Below, piece after piece: positions 12,341 to 25,775 of a DNA stretch of 64,000 nt. A model generated the notes under the pieces. That model was not told the origin of the DNA. It ran no database searches and saw only the letters and a program-made list of their open reading frames with translations. The translations under genes and the position numbers were made by a program. Each line of letters starts with the position of its first letter. Within the stretch, counting starts at the first letter, position 1. Source of the stretch: Malacoraja senta (lineage: Eukaryota); assembly GCA_038087875.1 (NCBI GenBank), contig CM075995.1:4590001-4654000 (forward strand). The letters are read 5' to 3'.

Positions 12341-13119
12341 TAAAATTGAACAGTCGAGCGCAAAGCATTCCCGTTTAAACATGCGAAGGCATGTTAAACT
12401 AATGGAATTTAAGCAATATTTTCTTGGTGATTTAAAAGTAGAGAAATATGATCGCTCATCTAAACTGACAGTACAAGAAGTCATCCCTGCTTATCCAGAA
12501 ATGGTATCATTTGCAGCTATAACAGCCATACCACCCACTCAGGTCAGCGTGGAGACTGTTCTCCGCACTGAAAATAATTAAATCAGATTTAAGGGCTTCA
12601 ATGAAAGAGGATCTGGCAGAAGCAATTCTGTTCCTCAGGACAAGTTATTAATAAATTTTAGGTATGTACTTTTGTAGCAAACTTAACTACCTATGCATTT
12701 AGTTTTAATTTCTATTGCACTTGATAATTTGTTTTGGTCATAATTTAGCCATTTAGCTCATACCTGTGGCGTTGGTTTAATACATTTTGGAGTAATGCTT
12801 ATATAATTTTTATTTAATTCAATGGAATTTTAATTTTGTCATAGTCCTATATGTAATTTATTTTTCTTTTATAATGAATTATGGTTTTTTTTCCCCAGAA
12901 TAAAAAATAAAAAAGCCACAAGAGCACAGCTACAACCATTAGACTCAAAACCTTAAGGACATGGGTTTAAAAGGTAGCCTGATAATTCTTATGAAATGCC
13001 ATCTTGTGTAAAGTCATCATAGCAGATTTAGAATTGTTATTCCCAGGGGTTGGGGTCGGGGTCGGAGTCGGATACACAAGAAATCAAGTCAGATGTTTTG
13101 GGTATCGACTGGAGCCCTG
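12341..13119 (+). mobile_element. hAT (hATm-like) transposon 3' remnant
   Basis: Frameshifted C-terminal dimerisation domain IPPTQVSVE/LFSALKIIKSDLRASMKEDLAEAILFLRT*, then ggagtcgg subterminal repeats and a ...gccctg end. Related end at ~14968-15055. Confidence 0.7.
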
Positions 13120-13398
13120 TTTAGAATGGTGTTCTTCCACCATGAAGATCTGCTCCAATAAATAATTCGGCACAAGAACCTGTATTCTAATAATGTGCCA
13201 CAATACAATTTTCCTCACGTATCTCTTTAGCTCGTCAGAAGGATGACTGCAAACTGAAGTGGCGTGGTAAATTTGGGTAGGATGTAGCTAATGGGACATC
13301 CCATCAATTCAGAAACAACCCTGATTATTTTAACTCCAGAAATCATACAACTCAGACTTTCAGGCACAATTGTTTTGTTCCAGGTATTGCAGTTGCTC

Positions 13399-13677
13399 TT
13401 AGAGGAGGACATCAAAGCCACAAAGAAGTCCCCAGTGATCACTGCAAAACCGTCCACACTCCAGTCTCTCTTGCCCCACGAATCTCATTTCCTTTGGAAT
13501 GATTTGACCTCCTCTGGAAGCCCTGAAAAACACGCGGTCGAAACGGAGCCTGCAACAGTAGGACACCTCCAAATTATCATTAGTTGTGGTATCCCAGGTG
13601 TAACGACAGTGTTCTGGTCTGTTCAAGGATTCCCACACATCCGAGATGCCAGCTGGTAATCCTCCCAAATTTCTCAC
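13399..13677 (-). CDS. TDP2: TDP2 exon 7, terminal coding exon (VRNLGGLP...RFCSDHWGLLCGFDVLL*)
   Basis: Acceptor ttttgctttccag; YTWDT, LRFDR and SDHWGL motifs; TAA stop at 13399-13401. Confidence 0.97.
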   Translation of the reverse strand: MRNLGGLPAGISDVWESLNRPEHCRYTWDTTTNDNLEVSYCCRLRFDRVFFRASRGGQIIPKEMRFVGQERLECGRFCSDHWGLLCGFDVLL

Positions 13678-14030
13678 CTGGAAAGCAAAAAAACGAAAAG
13701 CTAAAGACAATTCACGCTCAACTTTCATCCGTGGCGGTTTACTAGATCACATTCATGGCCAGAATCCCACCCGCCAGGTTCACCCTCGTTCACTAGCACA
13801 TCAATGCCAAGCACCAGATGGAAGATTAGCAGCAAGAAGGGACACAACAGTTCCCATACATTACTCAACTCAGGGTTTATGCACTTGGAACAACTATAAA
13901 TTCAAGATCCAAACATCCCATTTTGAAGGACCAAAATCCAGCAAACATTGATGGTTTATCGGAGACTTGTATATAAATTGCTTGGTATTGGATGATTTGA
14001 TTCTGTACCAAATAAAAGTAAATAAGAAAG

Positions 14031-14265
14031 TTGGCTGGTCACCATCTCAGATTTGATTGAAAATCATGTTTTGCACACCTCTGGTACAAAGAACACAGAA
14101 GAAAAATCAACTTTCAACTCCAAGTTCCTTCGAAGTTATGAACTTGAATTATTTCAAAATGCCCATTGCAATTTGGAGTTGAGACCTTGTTTGCTGTTGT
14201 GTTACTTGTGTGCTCTGATGTACAGACACTGATTTTCAAGGAAATCTGAGAAGGTGGTCAGTCAA
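14031..14265. mobile_element. Old MITE-like imperfect inverted repeat
   Basis: 14031-14066 and 14230-14265 are imperfect reverse complements. Confidence 0.5.
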
Positions 14266-15191
14266 TCCATTAGTCCAGGTTGCACAAAACGACACTAAGC
14301 TACATAATAATTGCACACAAGATGGTTAACCTATCTATATCCGTACCTCAATAGAGCACTGATGGTCCATTTTCTAATCTCTCAGTTGTTAATCTGAAAC
14401 CATGATAATGGAAAACTTTGCTTTTCAAACAGTGCCTGCAATCCTGTACTGTCCCTGCCTGCTTATAAGATTGTGAAGGGCTTGGACACGCTAGAGGCAA
14501 GAAACATATTCCCGATGTTGGGGGAGTCCAGAACCAGGGACCACAGTTTAAGAATAAGGAGTAAGCCATTTAGAACGGAGACGAGGAAGCACTTTTTCTC
14601 ACCGTCTCTGGTGAGTCTGTGGAATTCTCTGCCTCAGAGGGCGGAGGAGGCAGGTTCTCTAGATGCTTTCAAGAGAGAGCTAGATAGGGCTCTTAAAAAT
14701 AGCTGATTCAGGGGATATGGGGAGAAAGCAGGAACGGGGTACTGATTGGGGATGATAAGCCATGATCACATTGAATGTCTCGAAGGGCCGAATGGCCTAT
14801 TCCTGCACCTATTGTCTATTGCTTCAAAGTCTCCACTATTGTCCCTGTACCCAAAAAGACAAGGATTACTGGTCTGTCGCACTGACCTCTGTAGTCATCA
14901 GGCATGAGACAGGAAAAAAATGAAAAGAGAGGATGAGAGATGGGGGTCCAGGGGGCCCCCTTTATCTAGGCTGTGGAGTCGGAATCGGGATACAGAGTTG
15001 GAGCAAGTTTGGTGCTGCTGGGGTCGGAGTTGATAAAAAAGTCCCAACTCCGACCTCAACATAAATTTCACAGACTAAGTAATTCTCTGCCTTGTCCACT
15101 GACTTGGCCTCCACCGCTGTTTGTGGCAAAGAATTCCACAGATTCACCATCCTCTGACTAAAGAAATTCCACCTCATCTCATTCCTAAAGG

Positions 15192-16224
15192 TAGGTATGT
15201 TACAAAACTTACCTTCAGCGGCGCTGCAGTTCTGTCACTGCCCATGTGCGCGACTTTGGCGCCTTTGAGAGGGGGTCGGGTTTAAAATGCGGTATTTCTC
15301 CAGACTATTCAAATCGATTTTGAAAAGGCTGTTTAGAAGCTGAAGAAAAATCGCTTCGACATCGGTTTTATTAAATTATTTTAAACTGGACTGGATAACT
15401 TCATAACAGGAGTAAATTAAAAAGCATCTTCTAAAGCCGTCAAAGCCGACAACGGGGACGGATTTCATGCACTGGACAGGTAAAAAAACGGTGTTTCTTT
15501 TTTCATATAAACTAGCTTCTTAGGATGCCTTTAATAAAAATTTCAAGTTGCGAAAATGTCATTATGTAAATATACGCAGTATTTTTCCTGCCGATATGGG
15601 GTTTAATTCAGTGCAAATGTAACGTTCCAAACCAGCGCGTTCCACAAAATCCCAATCGCAAGGTGATTTAAATGGCCATTAATTTACAGGAATTAAACAC
15701 TAAATTCCTTCCATTTGGCCTATAAATTCATGACAATGAGATTTAAAAATCATGTTATATTGTGAATTCTTGTGTGAATGTTATTTGGACACAGGCTTTT
15801 TTAAAATGTTACCCTATTCTTAAGAAATTGATAGATGTTTAGATCTAGTAATTGAATTTTGTAATTAGCTACAATTGGGTAACTAACTAATTAGATGCTT
15901 TAATTTCAGGTCATCCAAGTAACATTGTTTCATATTTGTTTCAGAATGCTTCAATCTATAATAACTGAAAATTTCATTCAGTTCTCTTAATTTTTAAGAA
16001 AGTTATGGGCTTTTGACTGTCCTTGATCACAGCTTTTTTGTTAAGAATGCAAAAGCAATAGGGAACAAGATGCTAATTTCCAAGTATGAAAATGGCCATA
16101 ACTTTTTTAATACTGAAGATATGAAAGTGAATTAGGTATCAAATTAAACTTCTTTTTATGCTTTATTTGATGGGATAAATTGCAGACTAGATTTTTTAAA
16201 TCTCAAAATTTTGTAACATTGCTA
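15192..16224. mobile_element. ~1.03 kb non-autonomous DNA transposon inserted in a CR1 tail
   Basis: Termini TAGGTATGTTACAAAA / TTTTGTAACATTGCTA with flanking duplication CTAAAGG; removing it restores cctaaaggaacgtcc. Confidence 0.75.
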
Positions 16225-19200
16225 CTAAAGGAACGTCCTTTAACTCTGAGGCTATGACCTCTAGTCCTAGATTCTCTCACAAGTAGGAGCAAACTAAGGC
16301 CATTCGGCCCATCAAGTCTACACCGCCATTCAATCATGACTGATCCATCTCTCCCTCCCAACCCCATTCTCCTGCCTTCTCCCCATAACCCCTGACACTG
16401 TACTAACCAATTTTACTTTAGTACCATCTGCAAACTTGCTAACCTCCTGCAGCTCTGGGCACACACACACCCCCACACTCTCTCTCTCGCTCTCACACAC
16501 ACAGTCGTCGACCCTCTCCTCTCCACTGGCCACCAGCGGGCCAGAATCATCATCTCACCAGAGTTCCGCTCAGCACTAGGACCACAACCTCACGATGCAG
16601 ACAGCACTTGGTCTGACTCTGCTGGGTCCTAGTGTGCCTCCCTTTCCTCCTACTGATAACGTCATTAGCAAACATATCTAACAATGTTTCCCTACTTTTA
16701 ATAAAAATAAGCATTATAAACTTGATGAAAAAACACCACATTACTCTGCATGAACTTTTATCATAAAAAGTGGATTTTCAAGGACTTTAAAGGACCTATG
16801 TTAAATCCAAGGACTTTCAAGGTCTTGAAGAACAGTTTCCAATTCCAGGACTTTCAAGGACTGTACGAGCCCTGTCAAAATGTTCAGTTTAGTTCATTTT
16901 GTTTCGAGATACAGCGTGGAAACAAGCCCTTCGGCACACTGAGTCCGCGCCGACCAACGGTTACCGATACACTAGTTCTATCGTACACACTAGGGACAAT
17001 TTACAGAAGCCAAATAGACTACAAACCTGCACGTCTTTGTAGCGTGGGAGGAAGCCACAGCACCCGGAGGAAACCCACGGGGTCACAGGGAGAACGTGCA
17101 AACTCTGTACCAACAGCTCCCGCAGTCAGGATTGAACCCGGGTCTCTGGCGCTTAAGGCAGCAACTCTACCACTGTGCCACTCAGTTGCAAAACACTTTC
17201 CACATCGGTACATGTGACAATAAACTAAATTCAACATGCCAGCAGACATTGCAGGTCCACGTACTTTTGGCCAGGCCGAACCTGCAACGCAGCCAGGACA
17301 ACAGGCCTTCACGGTCAGATCAAGATCCCTGTACTTCCAACAACTGGGACTTGAAAATGGCACCAGACTGGCGACTCTGTATACTGTCTCAGTGTACTAC
17401 TGCAAAACACTTGTACTGTATCTGAGATGCATGTCTAATATGTATCTAAGTGCTCATGTATAAGTATACTTGTACTGGACTGTATACAAAAATGAATTTC
17501 ACTGTACCTCGGTACATGTGACAAAGTACCATTCGATACCAAGACATAGAAAATAGGTGCAAGAGTATGCCATTCAGCCCTTCGAGCCAGCACCTCCATT
17601 CAATATGATCATGGCTGATCATCCCAAATCAGTACCCCATCCCTGTTTTTTCCCCATATCCCTCACATCGGCACTCAGTATTGGTCTGGTTACAGCTTGG
17701 AACCTCACACTTCAAAGCTATCCGTGAGTGGTGGAAAATAGCGTTGGGGGAACGGGTGAGTGGTGGAATATTGCTTTGGGGGAACTGGGCCCAACGGGTC
17801 CCACCTGGTCTATGTTAAAGATGGGCCCCAACCTGAAATGTCACCTGTCTCTTCCCTCCAGGTTTCCTGTCCCGGTGAATTCCTCCAGCACTTTGTATTT
17901 TACTCAAGGTTCCGGCATCTGCAGTCCCTTGTGTCTCTATCGTACATGCTAGCCAGTATATGGTAAAAGTTTAGGCCAAACCAATACCTTTATTTGTTTA
18001 AATATATGGGAAATCAATAACGTGTAATGTATTCTAAATGGATAAGTGGGCGGCAGTGGCACAACGGTAGAGTTGCTGCCGCAAAACGCCAGAGTCCCTG
18101 GTTTGATTCAGACCACAGGAGATGGCGCCCAAGCCAGGAGACCCTCTGTGTGACGGGTTGCGCCGCGAGTCGGCAGCCTCGCCAGCAGCTGTTCGTCCTT
18201 TCTTTTTAGTATGTCTTAAAGTGTGTTTTAGTGTGGGGGTTGGTAGCGGGTAATTGGGGGAATAGGGGGAAACTGTTTTTCAATCGCTTGCCTCGACGGA
18301 ATGTGACTTTTCTTCATGTCATATTTTCGCCCTCCCTCGCGGCCCAACAGCTTGGATTGGTGCGGCCTCTCCTGGAGTTGGGGTCCAGAGCTTCAGCAGT
18401 GGGCGCAGCGTGGACTTTCCACCGCGGAGCTGGGCGATCCCTTGCCGGGGATCGGCAGAAGAAGAAATGCTCCAATCGCTGGCCCACGGACTATAACATC
18501 CTGAAGCCACGGTCTGCGGAGCGTCTAGCCACGGGCGTGGCGTTGACTTTCCATCGTGGAGTCTGGGATCCCTTGCCAGGGATCGCAGGAGAGGAGCTCC
18601 GACCGCTGGCCTGCGGCCTATAACATCGTGAAGCCCCAGTCTCCGGTAGGAAGCGGCCGATTCGGGACTTCCAAGCCACGGAGTGTCCGTCCGTCCCGAC
18701 GTCGGAGTTTCGAGCATCCTGGCGAAAAGGCCTGTACATCAGGCCATCTGTAGCGGCGACTGCGGAGGGTTCATGGCCCCGACCACGGATGAAAAAAAGA
18801 AACTGAACATTATTGCCTTCCACCACAGTGAAGAATGTTGATTCCACTGTGGTGGATGTTCATGTGTATTCTATTGTGTATTGTGCTCTTTTTGATTGTG
18901 TGGCTGCATGGTAAATCAAATTCCACTGTACCTTAACTGGTGCATGTGGCAATAAATGTGAACTTGCGGTCCCAGAAGTGGATCTGCAATCACGCATTAC
19001 AATTGCTTCACTCTCTTAAACCTCTACTCCAACAGCAGATCTGAACACTGCGGATGGCTGGATTATAATCATGTATAATCTTTCCGCGGACTGGTTAGAA
19101 CGCAACAAAATCTTCTCACTGTACCTCGGTACACGTGACAATAAACGAAATTACTTTGTACGTTCTCCCTGTGACCGCACGGGTTTCCTCCGGGTGCTCC

Positions 19201-20857
19201 GGTTTCCTCTCACATTCCAAAGACATGCAGGTTTGTAGTCTAATTGGCTTCTGTAAAAATTGCTCCGATTGTGTAGCTAGTGTGCGGATGATCGATGGTC
19301 AGCGTGGACTCAGTGGGCCAAGGGGCCTGTTTCCGTGCTGTAAATGAAAACTAAAAATAGTTAATTCCATAGCCTTAACACTTCTTTAATTAATTGCCAT
19401 AATGTGGATATTGCCAGCAAGGCCAGTGTTTGTCACCCAAGTCCAATCACCCATGAGAGATATTGATGAGTTATGTTCTGAACTCCTGCTGGCCACAGAC
19501 TAAGAACACCATCACAGCATTGATGAATAGAAATGTAAGAATTTACACACAATAACATTGAAGGTACGAGTGCTTAACTTTCAGTTTGTGTCATTTCAAT
19601 ATGGCAAGTGACCTTACCTCCCTCAGTGACTGTGACCACAGGATTGGAAGGTGGCCAATGAAATAATGAAAATATTCTGGATATGCTGGGTATATGGAAC
19701 AAGCTACCAGAGGAGGTAGTTGAGGCAAGTACTATCACAATGTTTAAAAGGCATTTAAACAGGTACATGGATAGGATAGGTTTATATGCCAAACCCAGGC
19801 TGGTGGGACCAATGTAGATGAGCCATGTTGGTCGGCGTGGGCAAGTTGGGCCGATGGGCCTGTTCCCACGCTGTATGAAAATAGACAATAGGTGCAGGAG
19901 TAGGCCATTCAGCCCCTCGAGCGAGCACCACCATTCCATGTGATCATGGCTGATCATCCACATTCAGTACCCCATTCCTGCCTTCTCCCAATATCCCCTT
20001 AATCCGTTATCTTTAAGAGTTCTATCTAACTCTTTCTTGAACATCCAGAGAACCGGCCTCCACCACCCTCTGAGGCAGAGAATTCCACAGACTCACAACT
20101 CTCTGTGTGAAAAAGTCTTTCCTCATCTCCGTTCTAAATGGCTTGCCCCTTATTCTTAAACTGAATCCCCTAGTTCTGGACTCCCCCGGTTCTGGACTCC
20201 CCCAACATCGGGAACATGTTTCCTGCCTCTAGCGTGTCCAAACCCTTAATAATCTTAGGTAGACAAAAATGCTGGAGAAACTCAGCGGGTGAGGCAGCAT
20301 CTATGGAGCGAAGGAAATAGGCAACGTTTCGGGTCGAAACCCTTAATAATCTTATGTTTCAATAAGATCCCCACTCATTCTTCTAAATTCCTGAGTGTAC
20401 CAGCCTAGCCGCTCCATTCCATCAACATATGACAGTACCACCACCCTGGGAATTAATCTGGTAAACCTACGCTGCACTCCCTCAATAGCAAAGTATGACT
20501 ATCTCAATAAACTCTACTACTTCACTGACTTCTTCCCCAATATCAGCAACCAACAAGCAAATCTCTAAATTCAAGGTCATTCAATCCATAGTTCTGCAAA
20601 ATGCTATCACAATGTTTAAGAAGCATTTAAACAGGTATATGGATAGGATAGGTTTTTAGGTCAAACCCAGGCTGGTGGAACTAGTGTAGATGGGGCATGT
20701 TGGTCGGCGTGGGCAAGTTGGGCCCGTTTCCACGCTGTATGACTATCTCAATCATTTCTACTACTCCACTGACTTCTTCCCCAATATCAGCAACCGACAA
20801 GCAAATCTCTAAATTCAAGGTCATTCAATCCATAGTTCTGTAAAATGCCCCACTTAC

Positions 20858-21028
20858 CTCATGATCTCTCAGGTTGGTATCCCCTCCAAATATAACAGTG
20901 GCACAATCTGGAACCTCTTTCATTTTCTTCAGGATAATCCCCAGTTGCCTAACCCGCTCCTTAGAAAAATCCTTTGTGCTCTCCAGATGGGATGTCATTA
21001 AGTAGATTTCATTCCCTGCGATGTTTAC
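20858..21028 (-). CDS. TDP2: TDP2 exon 6 (VNIAGNEIYLMTSHLESTKD...VIFGGDTNLRDHE)
   Basis: Acceptor gtgtaacag, donor GAG|gtaagt, 171 nt; TSHLES and GDTN catalytic motifs. Confidence 0.97.
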
Positions 21029-21829
21029 CTGTTACACAGCGTCGTTGAGGACAGAACAAGGTCATTTATTTGATCCATCATTTCTTAGTTGTTCTATGAA
21101 ATAGGATGCTCAATGTTAAATAAGTAACATTTATAATTAATCTCCTACACATGATAGGCACCATTTAAAAATGTACAAGTATTTTCCAATATTCTGCAAA
21201 ATGTTCTACATTTCATGTACCATAATAATCAACTTATTTTCCTCTTTAATGGCAACAAAAGGTTATTCATCCAAACCTTCCTCAGTTATGAGGCATGAGA
21301 ACCAATTGTGAGCATCCATATTTTGTTCGATGGTCAAATTTAGTTTAGTTTTAGAGATACAGCACAGAAACAGGGTCTTCAGCACACTGGGTCCGCGCCG
21401 ACCAGCGACCCCCGTACATTAACATTATTCTACACACAAGAGGGACAATTTACAATTACACCAAGCCAATTAATCTTAGAATAAAGGGGAGGTCATTTAG
21501 GACTGAGGTGAGAAAAAACGTTTTCACCCAGAGAGTTGTGAATTTATGGAATTCCCTGCCACAGAGGGCAGTGGAGGCCAAATCACTGGATGGATTTAAG
21601 AGAGAGTTAGATAGAGCTCTAGGGGCTAGTGGAGTCAAGGGATATGGGGAGAAGGCAGGCACGGGTTATTGATAGGGGACGATCAGCCATGATCACAATG
21701 AATGGCGGTGCTGGCTCGAAAGGCCGAATGGCCTCCTCCTGCACCTATTTTCTATGTTAATTAGCCTACAAATCTGTACGTCTTAGGAATGTGGGAGGAA
21801 ACTGGAGATTTCTTTGCGAGTTAAGTGCG

Positions 21830-22868
21830 AAGAGGCTACACTTATTCTGTTGTGCGTTTAATTTAAATATTTAAGCGTAATGGCAGGGACGCTAGTGCAG
21901 TGCGTATGCTGCAGGATGTGGGAAGTCAGGGGCACTGCTGGTGTCACTGAGCACTACACCTGCGGGAACTGTGTCCAGGTGCAGCTCCACAATGACTGTC
22001 AGGGAACTTGAACAGCAGCTGGATGACCGGTGGTGCAACCGGGAAGGTGAAAGCTTCCTGGACATGACCTACAGTCAGATCGTCACTCCAAGAGTGCAGG
22101 AAGTGCGACAGGTAGGGACGGAAAGAACGAGGATGAAGCTGGTGCAGGAGTCCTCGGTGGAAGTTCCTCTTGCAAACAGGTGCGCCCTCTTGAGAGCTGT
22201 CGGGGCAGACGACACTTCCAGTCCGAGCGGCGTGTAGGTCGGTGGCTACAATCCTAGCGATGAGACTTGACTGGCGAAACCGACATCGGGCAGAGCCATA
22301 GTGGTGGGTGACTCCATTGTCCGAGTTGCAGACAGGAGATTCTCTGGCGGCAGGCGAGACTCGAGGATGGTGTGTTGCCTCCCTGGTTCCAGGGTCCAAG
22401 ATGTCTCGGACCAACTTCAGAAAGAGTAGGAATTTACGGGCTACTTTCAGAATGGCAGGCAGTGACGAGTAGGGTGCCGCAAGGCTCGGTGCTGGGACCA
22501 CAGCTATTTACAATATACATTAATAATTTAGATGAAGGAATTAAATTTGGAGATGACACAAAGTTGGGGGAGTCCAGAACTAGAGGCCACAGTTTAAGAA
22601 TAAGGGGTAAGCCATTTAGAACTGAGATTAGGAAAAACTTTTTCCACACAGAGTTGTGAATTTGTGGAATTCTCTGCCTCAGAAGACAGTGGAGGCCAAT
22701 TCACTAGATGCATTCAAAATAGAGTTAGATAGAGCACATGGGGCTAGCGGAATCAAGGGATATGGGGAGAAGACAGGAACGGGGTACTGATTGTGGATGA
22801 TTACCCATGATCATATTGAATGGCGGTGCTGGCTCGAGGGCCCAATGGCCTACTCCTGCACCTATTTA
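21830..22868 (+). mobile_element. Internally deleted CR1 (ORF1 remnant, RT pieces, 3' tail)
   Basis: ORF1-like C-x2-C remnant and VVGDSIVR, then [12 protein letters not shown] and SRTRGHSLRI. Confidence 0.75.
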
Positions 22869-23621
22869 TCTCGGAGAAAACCCACGCAGGTCACGGGGAG
22901 AACGTACAAGCTCCGTACAGACAGCACCCTTGGCCAGGATTAAACCCGGGTCTCTGGCTTACAAGGCAGCAACTCTACCGCTGTGCCACTGTGCCACCCC
23001 AGCAAATATTGAAGTTGGTGCAAGCAAAACGAATAACAAAACCAAACTTTGTCCTTCTCCATCAAATTCTAACAATGGCATTGCATTGCAGTAGGCAGTA
23101 CAACAAACAAACTTAAAAACAGGCGATAATAATGATTTAACTTCTCAAGCTGGACAGGGTGCAGAGAGGATTATCTGGGTGTTGCCAGGACTTGAGGGTC
23201 TGAGTAAAAGGGAGAGGTTGAGCAGGTTAGGACTATTCCTTGGAGCACAGGAGCAGGGCTCTCACTTAACTTTTTTCTCTGTTGCCAGCCGGGCAACCTA
23301 GGCAGCTTTTTAGGTTGCCAAATGACAGTTTAGGTGGTCATTTAAGACGGCTTGCATGACACATGCGATAATGTGCTCGGACGAAGTGCGTAGTTACCAG
23401 TCGAATTATGGTCAATGAAACATTCACATATTATTTCTGCTTCAAATAAAGTCACAAACTAAACATATTCACCAATCAAGACACGATATATACCACAATG
23501 ACATGCAGCAAAATTACAATACAGTATCTCATCTCTTTTTACACGTTGCAATGAATGCAATTTCTATTATTTCTTTCCGCTTCCAAACAAAAATCGGGTT
23601 GGATTATTCAGCGTATGATCA

Positions 23622-24765
23622 ACCTCGGTGAGACCAAGCGCAGGCTTGGCGATCGCTTCGCATAACACCTCCACTCAGTTCACAATAATCAACCTGATCT
23701 CCCGGTGGCTCAGCACTTTAACTCCCCACCCATTTCGAATCCGACCTTTCTGTCCTGGGCCTCCTCCATGGCCAGAGTGAGGCCCACTGCAAATTTGAGG
23801 AACAGCACCTCATATTTCGCTTGGGTAGTTTACACCCCAGCGGTATGAACATTGGCTTCTCCAATTTCAGGTAGTCCTTGCTTTCTCCCCCTCCCTTTCC
23901 CAGCTCTCCCACAGCCTACTGTCTCCGCCTCTTCCTTTCTTTTTCCTGCCCCCCCCCCCTCCCGACATCAGTCTGAAGAAGGGTCTCGACCCGAAACGTT
24001 TCCTATTCCTTCGCTCCATAAATGCTGCCTCACCCGCTGATTTTTTCTAGCTTTGTCTACCAACGGGATCCCACCACTGGCCACATCTTCCCATCTCGCC
24101 CCCTGTCGGCTTTCCGCAGAGAACGCTCCCTCCTTAACTCCCTAGTCTTTTCGTCCCTTCCCACCCAAACCACCCCCTCTCCTGGCACTTTCCCTTGCAA
24201 CTGCAGGAAATGCTACACTTGTCGCTTTACTTCCTCCCTTGACTCCATTCAAGGACCCAAGCAGTCTTTCCAGGTGCGGCAGAGGTTCACCTGCACCTCC
24301 TCCAACCTCATCTATTGCATCCGCTGCTCTACATCGGTGAGACCAAGCGTAGGCTTGGCGATTGCTTCGCCCAACACCTCCGCTCGGTTCGCAATAACCA
24401 ACCTGATCTCCCAGTGGCTCAGCACTTCAACTCCCCCTCCCATTCCGAATCCAACCTTTCTGCCCTGGGCCTCCTCCATGGCCAGAGTGAGGCCCACCGC
24501 AAATTGGAGAAGCAGCACCTCATAGTTCGCTTGGGCAGTTTACACCCCAGCGGTATGAACATTGACCTCCAATTTCAGGTAGTCCCTGCTTTCTCCTCCG
24601 CTTCCAAGCTCTCCCACAGCCCACTGTCTCTGCCTCTTCTTTTCTTCTTCCCGCCCCCACCCTCACATCAGTCTGAAGAAGGGTCTCGACCCGAAACGTC
24701 GCCTATTTCCTTCGCTCCACAGATGCTGCCTCATTCGCTGAGTTTCTCCAGCATTTTTGTCTACC
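23622..24765 (+). mobile_element. Two tandem Penelope-like 3' fragments (GIY-YIG region plus tail)
   Basis: NLIYCIRC and YIGETKRRLGD motifs; each followed by a hammerhead-core tail. Confidence 0.85.
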
Positions 24766-25696
24766 CTTTCACACAAGTTCTGTTATCCCACTTTCCTCAC
24801 CCACTCCCTACACATTAGGGGCGATTTTACAGAGACAAGTTAAGCTACAAAGCCAATGCGTCTTTGAGATGTGGGAGGAAACCCACACGCTTGCAGGGAG
24901 AATGTGCAAATTCAACACAGACAGTGCCCGAGGACAGGATCGAACACAGATCTCTGGCATGTGAGGCAGCAAGTCCACCAGCTGTGCCACTATTTTTTAT
25001 TTTCCAACACACAAAAAATTATACGTTGATAACTTTGGTTACTAAAAAAAAAGAAACTATCCATTTTCAGTCCTAAATATCTAAGTGACGCCATGTCCCC
25101 CTTTACAGCTACTGTATGTTTTAATTCAGTTCAAGACTATGGGGCAGTACATGGGCCATAAAGTTGCTGCCTAAAATTACCAGAGACCCGGAATTGATCC
25201 TGAATATGTGTGCTGTCTGTATGGAGTTTGCTCCTTTTCCCTTTGATCACATGGGTTTTCTCCGGGTGCTCGTTTTCCTTCCACATTCCAAAAGTGGGTC
25301 GGCGTGGACTCGGTGGGCCGAAGGGCCTGTTTCCACGCTGTATCTTTAAATTAAACTAAAAACACTAAAACCAGAGGAAATCTAAAGAAGGGTCTCTACC
25401 CGAAACATCACCCAATTTCTTCTATCCAGAGATGCTGGCTGCTCCATGGAGTTCCCCCGCACAATTAAAGCATGGAATACTCTTCATCCTACCATAGTTA
25501 CCCAACCAGACGCAACTAAATTTAAGGTAGCTCTTATTTCCCAAGAACCCTTTTTTGCTTAAGTCCAAGTCAAGAGAGTTTTATTGTCATGTGTCCCAGA
25601 TAGGACAATGAAATTCTTGCCTGCTGCAGCACAACAGGATATGTAAACATAATACAGAACAGGAGATAAAAGTTCAGTGTGTCTATATACAATAGA

Positions 25697-25698
<2 letters not shown>

Positions 25699-25775
<77 letters not shown>
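25699..25775. repeat. (AT)n(AC)n microsatellite
   Basis: Directly visible. Confidence 0.98.

Noticed and set aside
13678..13728. N-terminus MKVERELSLAFRFFAFQ of the 109-aa ORF
   Set aside because: Intronic polypyrimidine tract and acceptor; the real exon starts at 13677.
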